Assembly (NCBI RefSeq): GCF_964194155.1
Contig: NC_135898.1
Span: 53,754,001 to 53,818,000 of the forward strand
Source of the DNA: Cetorhinus maximus
Taxonomy: Eukaryota
Direction of reading: 5' to 3'
DNA: 64,000 nucleotides
Shown: piece by piece, positions 25,647 to 37,609 of the stretch
Layout of the letters: each line of letters begins with the position of its first letter
Position numbering within the stretch: position 1 is the first letter of the stretch
The notes under the pieces: generated by a model
The model's database searches: none
What the model was told of the DNA's origin: nothing
What the model saw: the letters and a program-made list of their open reading frames with translations, nothing else
Program-made: the position numbers and the translations under genes

Positions 25647-27010
25647 GGGCGGAATCGTCCCAGATTTGCACTAAGTGAGGTAGCAGGCAGATAAAACGAC
25701 ATTTTACCCCTGGCCTTGATGGCAGGTTTCCTTGCCATATTATCCCAAACCTGCCGCATTACTTATATATTCCTGGGAACACCCTGTTTCCATGGCGGCA
25801 GGCTCTCATTTGCCTGGCACGCCATCACCTTGCCGCTTTATCATGCTGGGCGCCATATTTAACCTCTAGCTGTGCACACACATCTCAGTGCTTCCAGCCC
25901 ACAACTACTGCAGGAAAGATGTACATGAAAGGCAAAAAGACTGCAGCCCCCAGGTTTAATGATGCTGTCAAGAAGATATAATAGTTTTCATGTTACTTTG
26001 AACTTATTGTCAAGTAGAGTAATAGTGGGGTCTGTGTCTATGTATGCGTGTTTATCTGTGTGTGGGACTTAATTGAATTAAAGACAGCTGGTCTGAAACC
26101 TTTGATATAAGAAGAGAAGCTAGGTTTGAAATGCTAAATAGGTAGATATAGGTGAAGTTTTAGAATGTGAGGTGTAAAGGGAACATCTGTATTTTTAAAT
26201 AAACCAGAGTAGCTTGAATTCAAAAGAGGGGGTGAAATGTTTCACCTAGCCAGGAGAAGTTAAGAAACAGTGCTTATTTTTCCCAAGGATTACTGGTAAA
26301 ATTGGTATTATGATAGATTTTTATTATTAGAGAGATAAAGTCCAAAGACATAGTGAAACAATGGGAATTTGCATTCAAAGGGGAAAGTTTGTATAAAGGA
26401 GAGAAGGCTGCCTGCAAGGGAAGGCATTTTTAAGATCTAACACAAGTGTGAAAAGCCTCATGTTGCTGTCTACAAGGAACTGAAGCTGAGGAAAAACTCA
26501 TTTTGAATTCAACTGTCCAGGGTGTGTGCTTTGCCTGGGTCTCTTTGATCTGTGTGTTTTATTGCTGCCTTAACAGAGGTTTAACTGGGAGTTAGATTAA
26601 TGAGGGGATTTAGAAGTTATTACAGCAGCAATTTGTAGACATATGTATGGGCTTACAATCTTTTCTTTTATTAATAAACGTTTAATTTAGTTTTGTAAAA
26701 ACCTCTAAGCCTCAGTGGCCTTTTAACTGAGTTCAAAGCCTGCATCTCAACATAAATACAAATTGTAAATAGTTGTGGCAGCTGCTTCAAGTTTCCCTCC
26801 GAGATTTGAGCAACGTGGCATTTACCATCCACCTGCTGTAACGGACGCGTCACTGGAATGCCATTTGGATGCTATGGAGGCCCACTGTGATGTCCTCTAC
26901 CCCCACTCTGGCCGCAGGACAGGCAGCAGCATCACCAATCCAGCATGGCAGGCGGTGGCAGCGGTGGTCAGTGCCAATGCTGCACGGAAGAAGTTGGCCA
27001 TCCAATTGCC
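25647..27010 (+). mobile_element. Harbinger terminal segment with Myb/SANT exon 1, interrupted by a solo LTR
   Basis: Starts gggcggaatcgtcccagatttgcactaagtg, as at 54519. KGKKTAAPRFND at 25928-25963 continues after the insertion as ASLECHLDAMEAHCDVLYPHSGRR...AWQAVAAVVSANA. Confidence 0.82.
25966..26843 (+). mobile_element. Solo LTR (878 bp)
   Basis: Begins TG and ends tgtaacg (decayed CA). Flanked by 5-bp TSD GATGC/GACGC. TATA-like gtataaa near 26391 and AATAAA near 26673. Removing it restores the Myb reading frame. Confidence 0.8.
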
Positions 27011-27016
27011 TGCAAA

Positions 27017-28550
27017 GGCAGGATCTTCTCTGCTGGGGAGTGGGTGCAGGCTTGAGTCGGGTGAGCTGATTGTGGAAAAAATTTGGAGGCAACTACAAGC
27101 TGTTTAAAAGGCTTGCCTTGGTGCTGTGGGGCTTTGTCCAACTTAAAATAAGAATACAAAGGCCCTCCAGCCCTCACCCCTCACCTCTCACCTCCACATA
27201 CTCCCCATACCCCATACATGCCACCTCATGCCCCCCACCCACCCTCTATGGCCCCTCATGCTCCCTGCACCAAGCTATGTCTGTTCACCCACTCCCGATG
27301 GCCCCTCATGCCCCAATGCCAACAAGCTATGGCCTCCCTCCCAGCCCCCATGGCTCCTCATGCCCCCAGTGCCAAGCTCTTTCCTTCCAACAAACCCTCC
27401 ATGACCCCTCATACCCTCCAATGCCAAGCTATGGCACTTCCATGCCCATTTATCCACTATACACCGTATAGAATCAATAAACCCTGTAGTGGCAGTAGAA
27501 TATATTTAAAAAAGCTTTAGAATAAGTAATTCATTCATAACTTTCTATTATGTTAAAAAAGTCATTTCACATAGAAAGCACTAAAAGTGTCAATTATCCA
27601 GACCCTTTAAAGTATCAGTAACAAAATCTACACCTGCTTGAAAGCACTTAACCTTGTGTAAATAAACATTGTGAAATTGACAGCAGAGAGCCTGAGCATT
27701 CAGTTAAGCAGTTATTTTCCCTGTGGCTCAGGTGTTTAATCAGATTAATGAATTTCTGGGCTCTCAACCAAGCCTCATTCTATATAATTGTCTGAGAGCC
27801 CAGACTTCCATTCGAATACTTAAACAACTAAGCCCAAGGGAAAGTACTGCTTGAATGATAGCTCTGGCTCTCTCAGCTCTGCTGTTAATTTCACATTGTT
27901 TATTTATACAAGATAAAGGGGTTTCAAGTGCTTGCAGTTTTGGCTATTGATACTTTAAAGGATCTGGATGATTGACACTTTTATTAACCTGTAGTAAAAA
28001 AGAGTCTTCTTTTAAGAAAGTGTCAAGTTATCAATGAATGACTGTTATTTAAAGCTTCTTTTAAACGCATCCTGCAATCACAATAGGATTCATGGTTTCT
28101 GTCCAGTGTATAGAGGATGAATGGGTGTGCAAGTGCCATAACTGGCATGGTAGAGCATGAGGAGCCATAGGAGATGAGTGGGAGGCATCCTCGGTATGGG
28201 GGGATTGAGGGACCATATGGGTTGGGAGGGGGCATGAGATGTCATTGGATGGGGCATGGGGACTGTGTGGGGGCTGTGAGGGGTCAGGGCAGGAAGGTCT
28301 TTCTGTTTTTATTAAACTGGGATGAAGTCCCACAGCACCAAACAGGGCTTCTTAAGAAGCCCACATGTGCAACCGGCAGCCCCTGTGGCTGTGTCCAAAC
28401 TTTTTCCTGGGTCGGCTGGCTCGACTCCAACTGCCCCCCCCCCCAACAATTAATATCCCGTTTTTGTAGACACTCTCTCCTGAGGCTGGTGGGCCAAACC
28501 AGGAACTTTCTTGACTCCCACTCCCCACCTCAAGGATGAAAACCCAGCCC
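27017..28550. mobile_element. Long foldback element, about 1.5 kb
   Basis: Arms are mirrored about 27780: 27661-27688 vs 27877-27904 is 26/28 complementary and 27755-27766 vs 27793-27804 is perfect. C-rich catgcc repeats on the left face G-rich repeats on the right. The right end aaaacccagccc is a Harbinger-type TIR. Confidence 0.8.
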
Positions 28551-29985
28551 TTAGTTCTTGTTCCTAGCCATTGCAGCATTTTTGTGGAGTTATGTTTCCT
28601 TTCAGCTGTGTGGCATATTCCCAGACTTTTCAATATTTATACTTGACTCTTTTGGCTGTTTTTACAGGGATTTTCCACATTCTAAAGTGCTGTCAAAGAT
28701 TGTGGTTTATCCATATCTATATCCTCAATTGCCAGCAGATGAACTCTTTATCCCTTGAATTTGCACAGAACAGACATCATAATATGGGCTTTCTTTTATT
28801 ACTAGTTTTTTCCCTTTTAAGCATTCAAAGGCAAGACATTGCCCCAAAAGGCAAATGAACTGACAATTCAAATGTTTTCTCTGAGGAGCTAGCTATTCCA
28901 TTTGTTCATTGCTTTAATCTTTCCCTATAATTCTGTCCATTGGTATGGAAATCAGCAAAGATCATGCCTATCCACAAATAGATCCAGTCTGAATCTGATA
29001 ACTGCAACCCCATGCCCGAGCTTGTGCTAAAGTCCTTGAGAAACCATTGTGAATAAGAAGCTATGGAACCATCTCAATTAAAGTGACCTCCAATTCAGCT
29101 ATTGGTTTTTACTGTAGACAAACCAGTCAGGTTGTAACTCTGTCAGCGTCATGGTTCAAGAATTACCTTGATACTCAGATTAAAATTAGAATAATTACCC
29201 GTGACATTTTAGACAAGGTGTAAGATATCCTGACATTACTACACAGCTGGACTTTTGATCCATTCAGTTGGCCACCTGACTTCTCCAACTCTCTTGCACC
29301 AATCCTCGGAGCCTTTTTGGAAAACAAAGTTTGAAGCTGATGTTAGAGTAGTCTCTAGCGAGTGGGATTCCCAGTTTATTTTTTATTAAATACATACAAA
29401 AACAACTGGTAACACAGTCCTGTAACAGGAATCTTTAGGAAGAATAAGTAAAGAAAAGGGATACACTTCCTAGGGGAGGATGCAGCAAATATCAAGAAAT
29501 CAATTGAGTCAGGATACATTCCTGTAAAAGAACTTGACCAATATTCTCCACTTAGATTATTCAGGCAGGTTCCTTTACGATGTGCCCTTCCACCCCACTT
29601 GATTTTCTTATCTTTGTTTCCCCCAGGTGGTCCGTAGTGATGAGGTACAGATCCAAGGGAATCTCCCTTAAAAGCACATCAGTCCTCATACGAACCCAGT
29701 GAACCATTGGGATAAGATACAGCAAAAAATCTTACACTAGTTAAAACAAATTCAGACTACATCACATTTGAATAGAGTTGCTATTTTTGCAGTGGAAACA
29801 AAACACATGTTTAAAAATAGAATGCCACAGCCAACAGGGGAAAAAACGATGCAACAATTCTGTAAGACTGACCATAATTTGAAATAAGTAGCCAGTCTCT
29901 CTTGTACGATATTTGTTGCACTTATCGATGTATTATGGTGCATTCTCCACATATGTTCTTAATGTTCATTTAAGTGTTCAATAGC

Positions 29986-31045
29986 TGTTGTGGGCAGGAG
30001 GGAGGTCAGTTCAAACAGCACTGTTTTACTCTTACCACCTGTCCGTAAACGGAGGGGGTTTGGAATTAGTTTGTCTTAAAGAATAAACGTGGCATATTTT
30101 TTCCCAACCCCTTGATTTTTGTATCATCCAATTTTACTAATAATCCACAGCAAACTCGAGTTAGGATTAACCCAAGTTAGTTTATTTCACACATTTGAAA
30201 TCCACGAAAGGAATGTCTGCCACGTCCCACTCCACATTCACAGTAACGGGGGGTAGAGAAAAGGATGTTTACAGTACAAGGATCGCAGAAAACTGAATAT
30301 TGGTTTGCGTGAGTTTCAGAGTCTCAAAGTCAGAGTCCAATGACGAATTCTGTCACATAGACATTCAGAGTTCAGCTGGCTGGAGACCAGTGTTGTAAGA
30401 TTCACTTTTCAGGTGGCATTGATGTCGCAGGGTGAAGTAGGCCCGCAGAGATTGAGTCGGCCCTGTCAGAGGTGGTACAAAATCTTCCAGCAGAGTCAGG
30501 TTAGATGGGCCAGTTGTCCTGCCTGGACAGAGTCAGCTTTTTTGTGGCTTGCCAGTTGGATGGTAAAACAGCAAACTGGGTGTGCAGCTCAGAAAGGTAA
30601 TATTACACTGTTCCAAAGGCTGAAACCTTGGATCATGTGATCTTCCTTCTCCACAATGACTTCAAAAAGAGATAGTTATCCAATGGCTGGAATTGGCTTT
30701 GTTTTCAGGACTGATAATGTCTCAGTCTTTATGGGTTGAAAGGGGAACCCAACATAATTTTTACAAAATAGTATACAGAGTAAAAGATCATTGCAGCATC
30801 GATAGAAAGGTTTAATGATCAGTCTGACCTTTTAAATGCTAACCCGAGGCACCTATCTTTCCCAAAATGAATTCACAAATACTTGCCAAAAAAAAGTGAA
30901 TTCTCTTTGTTTAATCACTTACTAATTAGGCCTTGTTAAATGTAACAAACAAAGAACTGAACTTGCACAGTGCTCTTGGCTGCATAATCACATTGAAGAG
31001 TGAATGTTTCACTTCAGATCAGGCCCTGAGTTAGTGGCTGTTGTA
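29986..31045 (-). mobile_element. Probable solo LTR (1060 bp)
   Basis: 5-bp direct repeat ATAGC at 29981-29985 and 31046-31050. Termini are TG...TA (decayed CA). A minus-strand AATAAA lies near 30181. Confidence 0.6.
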
Positions 31046-31354
31046 ATAGCCACGGCTCAGTTTTCTGCCTGACGAAACGAATGGGTGAGAAACAAAATAG
31101 GGGGCTGGAAAGGGCAATGGAAAATTCTGACCAGTGAATTAAAAAAAAAATCAGAATGCCATCACAGCAAGGCTAGAAGTAAATAATAGTCATAGTGCAG
31201 GACCATACATGGGGAAAATTCAAATGAACACTGTAAATTAAATTTAATTCTTATGGAGAAAAAAGGGAGAGCACAGGCAGGTAAAGAGGAAGGAGGAGCA
31301 CCCAAAGGATTTTTATTCACTTTATACGTGCCCATATTCAATGCAACAACAACA

Positions 31355-32050
31355 GCAACAATTTGTATTTGTATGGCATCTTTGACTTAGTAAAACATCC
31401 CAAGACACTTCACAGGAGTATTATTAAATAAAATTTGACACCAAGCCACATAAGAAGATATTAGTGCAAATGACCAAAAGCTTTGCCAAAGTAGTGGGTT
31501 TTCAGGATTGTCTTAAAGGAGGAAGGAGACGTAGATAAGTGGAGAGCTTTAGGGAGGGAATTACAGAGCTCAGGGCCTTGACAGCTGAAGGGACAGCCAC
31601 CAATAATGGAACAGAAGAACTGAGGATACAAAAGAGGCCAGAAGAGGAATGCAGATTTTTTTTTCTTTCATGGGATGTGATGGCAAGGCCAGCATTTGTA
31701 GCACATCCCTAATTGCCTTTGAATTGAGTGGCTTGCTAGGCCATTTCAGAGTCAACCACATTGCTATGGGTCTGGAGTCACATGTAGGCAAGACTTCCCT
31801 CCCTAAAGGGCATTAATGAACCAGATGAGGTTTCTAACAACAATGAGACAAGCTTTATATTCCATATTTATCAATTGAATTTAAATTCTACCAGCTGCCA
31901 TTGGAGGATTTGAACCCAGCTCCTCTGGTTTACTGGTCCAGTGATATTACAACCATGCCACCATCACCCTGAAATTTCAGAACGCTGGCAGAGCTAAGCA
32001 GGGGGTGAAGCCATGGAAGGATTTGAAAACAAGGATAAGAATTTTAAAAT
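31355..32050 (-). repeat. L2-type LINE 3' fragment with a nested SINE
   Basis: ttgtatttgtatggcatc...catcccaagacacttcacagg resembles the DeuSINE tail. The sequence resumes after the SINE at about 31970. Confidence 0.6.
31655..31968 (-). mobile_element. tRNA-derived SINE, reverse copy of the 53494 family
   Basis: Reverse complement of 53494-53846 (gagtcaaccacattgct, tctggagtcacatgtagg, cttccctccctaaagggcattaatgaaccag). Confidence 0.8.
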
Positions 32051-33359
32051 CTCACAGCTCCAAGTATAGGGTTAGTTTTGTGCTAGATTCATCAAGTATG
32101 GACTGCACAATTAGAGACAGGCCTGCACTCGAGCATTGACGTTGGGTGAGTATTTATTTTAATTATCCTTCCCCACCCAAAGAATAAGATAAACCTGGGT
32201 GTTTAATGAATATGAAAGGTGACAAGGAAATGTAAATCCATGCTGGTTCCATTAAAATATTATAGTAAAGAAAGTTGGAGCTGCTTTAGCATAAACATTT
32301 TATTAATATATGTGTGTCATGTGGTTAGGTTGAATTTACCATCCTTTTGATTGATGATATTTTCAGACTTATTCTCTTTGCTTGGGAGGTTTTCTGATGT
32401 GTTTAAAATGTGCAGCAAAATTCCCACCCATCAATGTGCCACCGGCCTGTCCCACTCTCACATGGTACACCATCTCCACCACCCCACCCAGGGCGAGGAT
32501 AGCTGCAGAGTGGAAGACCAACCAAAAGCTGGCATGAGCTAACACTGCGCTTGTGGCTAACCCACATTGAAAAATGTCATCGCCAGGAATTCACTGTTAT
32601 CCCAGCTTTTTTCCTTCACGCGGGGAATGACACATGGGGCTGACTTTTCCAGATCCTACACAGGCATGGTTTGGAGGTGGGACTGGGAGCAAAGTTCATT
32701 GTTACCAGGCACGTTCCCACCTCTGAGTGATCTTGCTGGAAGTAAGGTTAACGAAGCAGCGACTGCCCACCTGGCAATAGCAGGGGGTCAATTAAGCCCA
32801 TTAATGTAAGCGTTGATGACACTGCTAAGATCTTTCCAATGGTGAATCACCCCCACCACCCTCCTGCCACAAGGCTGGAGCCTGGCAGGTAACTGACAGG
32901 CCAATGAGGGGCCTTCAACGCATCCTCCCAGTCACCCCAATATAAACCCCCTGGGCGACAGCTGCAAGCCTCCGGTGTAAGGACTCACCCTCCAAAGTAA
33001 TAGCCTAACAGCTGTGGCCATGCACGATTTTTTCATTTTCCCAATGCTGCAGGGAGTACCTACATTTTGAGGTGCACTCGTGGTCTCCTACCTGCCTCAG
33101 CAGCCTCCATTGCTCCCAGTGGGGCTGCTGGCCACACAATGACTGTGCGCCCTTCAATTGGGCTTGCCGCTTCCCTTCTCCACCCACAGCCTTTAATTGG
33201 ACGGGGGTTTCCGGAAGCAGCTTCTTAATTGGCTGCTATTGGGAAGATCGCAACTGATGTCCAGCTATGGCCACTTCCAGGTTCTTGACCTGGAATTGAT
33301 GTCGGGATCGCATCCAACCAAGAAAGTAGAGCCCTTGCAGTGTGTGTATGAAAAACAGT

Positions 33360-34008
33360 GGGCAGAATTTGGGGGGAAGTACTTGGACGGGCGTGTGCGG
33401 GCGTGCTTCCAATCGGAGGCACGGCACCATTTTATATGGGTGGGCCAATTAAGGCCCTCCCAGCGTGACGTCGGAAGGGAAGCGTTATGTGCTCGTGCAG
33501 GCGGGGGGCATGCGAACGAAAGAACGCGCTCATCTCCCTGAGGCTAAGTGCCGCCTCAGGGAGATCGCCTCTACTTTCAACAATATTTAAAATAGAAAAA
33601 AAAAAATTCCCTTACCTGTCCCCTCATGTGACAATGTCACATGAGTTGGGACATGTTCATAATTTCCAAAACAACTTTATTAAAATTTTTAAAACCCTAC
33701 ATGAAACCTCATCCCACCAGTGGATGAGGTTTCATGTTTTTTCTAGTTGCCGCTGGGGCTCCTGGCCTGCCCGCCAACCTTAAGGTTAGACGGGCAGGTC
33801 TACTAATTACTTTAACTGATCTGTCAATGGCCTCAATTGGCCATTGATAGGTCGGCGGAGGCACAGCTGATTTTGCTGCGGCCCCGCCTTCCTGAAAATT
33901 TAAATGGGGCACGGTGACATCGGGAGTTCCGCCTGACATCACCGTGCGTCATTTTATGCGTCGGCGAGTGGGCCCCACCCCCCGCTCGCCGACGGTAAAA
34001 TCCTGCCC
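33360..34008 (-). mobile_element. Harbinger-derived MITE (649 bp)
   Basis: TIRs gggcagaattt and aaaatcctgccc. Perfect 3-bp TSD AGT. The ends are homologous to the ends of 846-4076. Confidence 0.9.
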
Positions 34009-34565
34009 AGTGTGTGTGTGTGTGTGTGTATGTAGCAGGGATTAAACATTGTTTTGTTTCATGAGATTGTTAAATACAAATTAGATTTTTCTATCTATTA
34101 TTAGAAATTAGCTTAATCTTTCACACTCATGCCTGTGGTGCTTGCCTGTAATTTCCCACAGATTTTTTACTGCTGGGAAGTCCACACACACACACACACG
34201 TCCCAGCCCAGCACCAGCCAAACAAGATGCCTTTGTGATGCATTTCCGCACTGCAGTCTTCCATTTGGGGAGGCCACCTGCAGATTGTAACTATTTTTAA
34301 TTTACATAATTCCTAAGTTTTTGGCAAGGTTACAAATCTTGGACATAGTAAAACGTCAGGGAAACTGTCTAAGAGTAGGACTTTCCATCATATCATGGAG
34401 CTTTATAGCATTGATGATCAGGTTCTGTGAATTATTTGAGAACAATGAAAAGACAAGAGATGCAAAGAGATAGAGCAGATGTAAAGAAACATTAGGATGG
34501 AAGCAAGAGAGCTGAAAGTACATATAGATGGAGAAATAAAGAGAAAAGAGGTAGAAGAAACTGAG

Positions 34566-35032
34566 AAACATTGAGTTCAACAACTTAAGACCATGAACTC
34601 TTCCCTCCATCTTCCTTGTCTCTATATATTTTCATCCTTTTTCCCCACTAACCCCCTACTCCCACAGGGTCATCTGTCACTTGTTTCTATGCTGTGCTTT
34701 CACAAGAGCGCTGACCCTTGTTCTGCTATTAACACATTCTGCTGTCCTACCTTTATGCCACTCTCAACACCTTTAGTCTTTAACATTACCATTAACACTC
34801 CCTTTGTTTTGTGTCCATGACATCTTTGTCAATCTCTCCTGAGCTCCCACCTATCCCTGACCTTCTGTTCTGCTCCACCTGCTTCGCCCTCTTTAAGCAG
34901 TATGAAACCCATCACATTTCTACTTTTCTTTAGTTCTGAAGAAGAATCATATGGACTCGAAGCGAGAGAGAGAATCTCTCTCCACAGATGCTATCAGATC
35001 TGCTGAATTTTTCCAAAATTTTCTGTTTTTAT
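34566..35032 (+). mobile_element. Penelope-like element 3' fragment
   Basis: Starts with NIEFNNLR, the same ORF end as 35709-35735. A degraded hammerhead-like motif agttctgaagaagaatcatatggactcgaag lies near 34932. Confidence 0.78.
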
Positions 35033-35191
35033 TATAGAAGAAACTGAGATTCCCATACTTCCAAGAATAAATGGTATAAATGGCAGATTACTTACATACC
35101 TGTGCTCTTCTAGTGATCTTCTTGTTACAATAATGTAGGTGATTAAACAAATTCCTTTATTTTTTGCGAAGCTGGGTAAGCTTTTCTTAAT

Positions 35192-36229
35192 AAAAACAAA
35201 AAACTACTGCGGATGCTGGAAATCCAAAACAAAAACAGAATTACCTGGAAAAACTCAGCAGGTCTGGCAGCATCGGCGGAGAAGAAAAGAGTTGCCGTTT
35301 CGAGTCCTCGTGACCCTTCAACAGAACTGAGTAAAATTAGGAGAGGGGTGAAATATAAGCTGGTTTAAGGTGGGGTGCGGGGTGGGGGGAGAGAAGTTGG
35401 AGGTGGGATGGTTGTAGGGACAAGCTAGCAGTGATAGGAGCAGATAATCAAAAGATGTCACAGACAAAGGAACAAAGAGGTGTTAAAGGTGGTGATATTA
35501 TCTAAGAGAATGTGCTAATTAAGAACGGATGGCAGGACACTCAATGTACAGCTCTAGTTGGGGTGGGGTGGAAAGACTGACAGGGCATTACAGGTATAGA
35601 TTTAAAAATAATGGAAATAGGTGGGAAAAAAAAAATCTATATAAATTATTGGAAAAAACAAAAGGGAGGGGGAAGAAACGGAAAGGGTGTGGGGATGGAG
35701 GAGGGAGTTCAAGATCTAAAGTTGTTGAATTCAATATTCAGTCCAGAAGGCTGTAAAGTGCCTAGTTGGAAGATGAGGTACTGTTCCTCCAGTTTGCATT
35801 GGGCTTCACTGGAACAATGCAGCAAGCCAAGGTCAGACATGTGGGCAAGAGAGCAGGGTGGAGTGTTAAAATGGCAAGCGACAGGTAGGTTTGGGTCTTT
35901 CTTGCGGACAAGCCACAGGTGTTCTGCAAAGCGGTTGCCCAGTTTACATTTGATCTCTCCAATGTAGAGGAGACAGCATTGGGAGCAGCGAATGCAGTAG
36001 ACTAAGTTAGGGGAAATGCAAGTGAAATGCTGCTTCACTTGAAAGGAGTGTTTGGGCCCTTGGACGGTGAGGAGAGAGGAAGTGAAGGGGCAGGTGTTGC
36101 ACTTTACACCCCTCTCCTAATTTTACTCAGTTCTGTTGAAGGGTCATGAGGACTCGAAACGTCAACTCTTTTTTTCTCCGCCGATGCTGCCAGACCTGCT
36201 GAGTTTTTCCAGGTAATTCTGTTTTTGTT
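35192..36229 (-). mobile_element. Penelope-like retroelement, 5'-truncated, with an inverted terminal repeat copy
   Basis: GIY-YIG ORF on the minus strand (NLVYCIRCSQCCLLYIGEIK...RFAEH...EQYLIFQLGTLQPSGLN). Inverted repeats of about 128 bp at 35227-35353 and 36103-36230. 15-bp TSD taagcttttcttaat at 35177-35191 and 36230-36244. Confidence 0.93.
36129..36167 (+). ncRNA. Minimal type I hammerhead ribozyme motif (Penelope type)
   Basis: Stem I AGUU/AACU, core CUGUUGA-A, stem II GGGUC/GACUC, then GAAA-C-GUC with a palindromic ACGU stem III. The core has U at the normally conserved A6. Confidence 0.65.
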
Positions 36230-36394
36230 TAAGCTTTTCTTAATTACTGACAAAACATAATATTTTTTTTGCTCAATATTTATATGTATGCTGCTAGAAT
36301 TTGTAAAGTGCTTTACATTTCTTGAGATCCCAGCATAGATCCAATCCAAGCTGAATTTATGAAAATTCCAAATACTTGGCACTTTTGTAATATA

Positions 36395-37028
36395 GGGCAG
36401 AATTTTTCACTCACCGGGTGGGCACATACCCGACCCGCTCGAACGTGAGATGACGCGCATTGACATCGGCTGAGCGTGCTGACTTCAACGTGCAGTCACG
36501 CAATAGTTCGGCCAGTGGGCACGCAATCAATTGACTTAAGTTTTTCACAGCCCGTCCAACCTAACGATTGGTGGGCAGGCGAAAAGGCCAAGCGGCCTTT
36601 ACTTTTTCTTGGAAACTTCATCCATGGGCGGGATGAGGTTTCCAAAAGCTAATAAAAATAAAATAAAAGTTTTACAATTAAATTAATAACACATCCCTTC
36701 TCATGTGACAGAGTCACATGAGGGGACATGTTTTATTACATGTTTATTTTCTTTATTTTCTTTTTTTAACAACGCTTCATCCCTCTGAGACAGCTCTGTG
36801 CCTCAGGGAGATTATGAAGCGCTCGCTCACGCGCATGCATGAAGTTTGTGCTCAGCCCGCTAGCCCTCCTCCCCCCCCCACACAGGCAGCTCTGCCGCTC
36901 GCATTTCACTTTGGCCTGCCCTTAACTGGCTCGCCAGCATGAAATCCTGCTCCGATGCCGTCCACGGGTGGCAGTTGGCTTCCTGACCGCCCCCACTTAG
37001 CCCGTCCACCAAAGGAAAAATTTGGCCC
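36395..37028 (+). mobile_element. Harbinger-derived MITE (634 bp)
   Basis: TIRs gggcagaattttt and aaaaatttggccc. Flanks ATA/ATC. The left end aligns with 846-1000. Confidence 0.87.
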
Positions 37029-37609
37029 ATCACTTTCCGAGAGTATTACAGTCATCATTCAAAAATAAGAGGCTCAATAAATCGGTGTTGACTTCCATGC
37101 CTGATCTGTACTTCCATTGCATATGGCTGGACTGAGAATGGGATTGCTGGCAATTTACCTCATTGTGTTCATTAATGACTTATTTAATTTAAAAAGAACT
37201 TATCACATCACCCTGAAAAGTGCATATGTAGCAAATCGAGTCCTTGTGAAATAAATGGGGAGAGGAGGATTTTCTTAGTGCATGTTTGGCACTTGTAAGT
37301 TGCACTTTCTGTAGCGCATTGAGGAAACCTACCCCTAGATTTTTTTCCACCTTTGTTCTCTTTTAACAGCAGCATTCAGGTCAAGAGGGCAGAAAATGGA
37401 GTGGGGATACCTCGAGTCAGATTCTTGCCTATTTTATAGCTTGCCAGCTTTTCTGCTGGAAGTAAGGCCAAGTCAGGAGAGAGCACCTCAAATATGGGTG
37501 GGAATATTCAGATGAAGGAATAATGGTATGCCCCACATTCCAAATCTCAACTGTTTGGCCATGGCTCTTCATTCACCACCCCTAGGGTTGGCAACCCTCC
37601 TGAGGTTCA

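Noticed and set aside
27180-27450. Pro/His-rich ORFs or a CRISPR-like array
   Set aside because: Degenerate C-rich tandem repeat within a foldback arm, with no constant repeat and unique spacer structure.
34010-34200. (TG)n followed by (CA)n microsatellites
   Set aside because: Short, common simple repeats whose complementarity is unremarkable.
35192-36229. TIR DNA transposon or Fanzor-like nuclease system
   Set aside because: The ORF is a Penelope GIY-YIG C-terminus and the TSD is 15 bp. The inverted ends fit Penelope terminal-repeat inversion.
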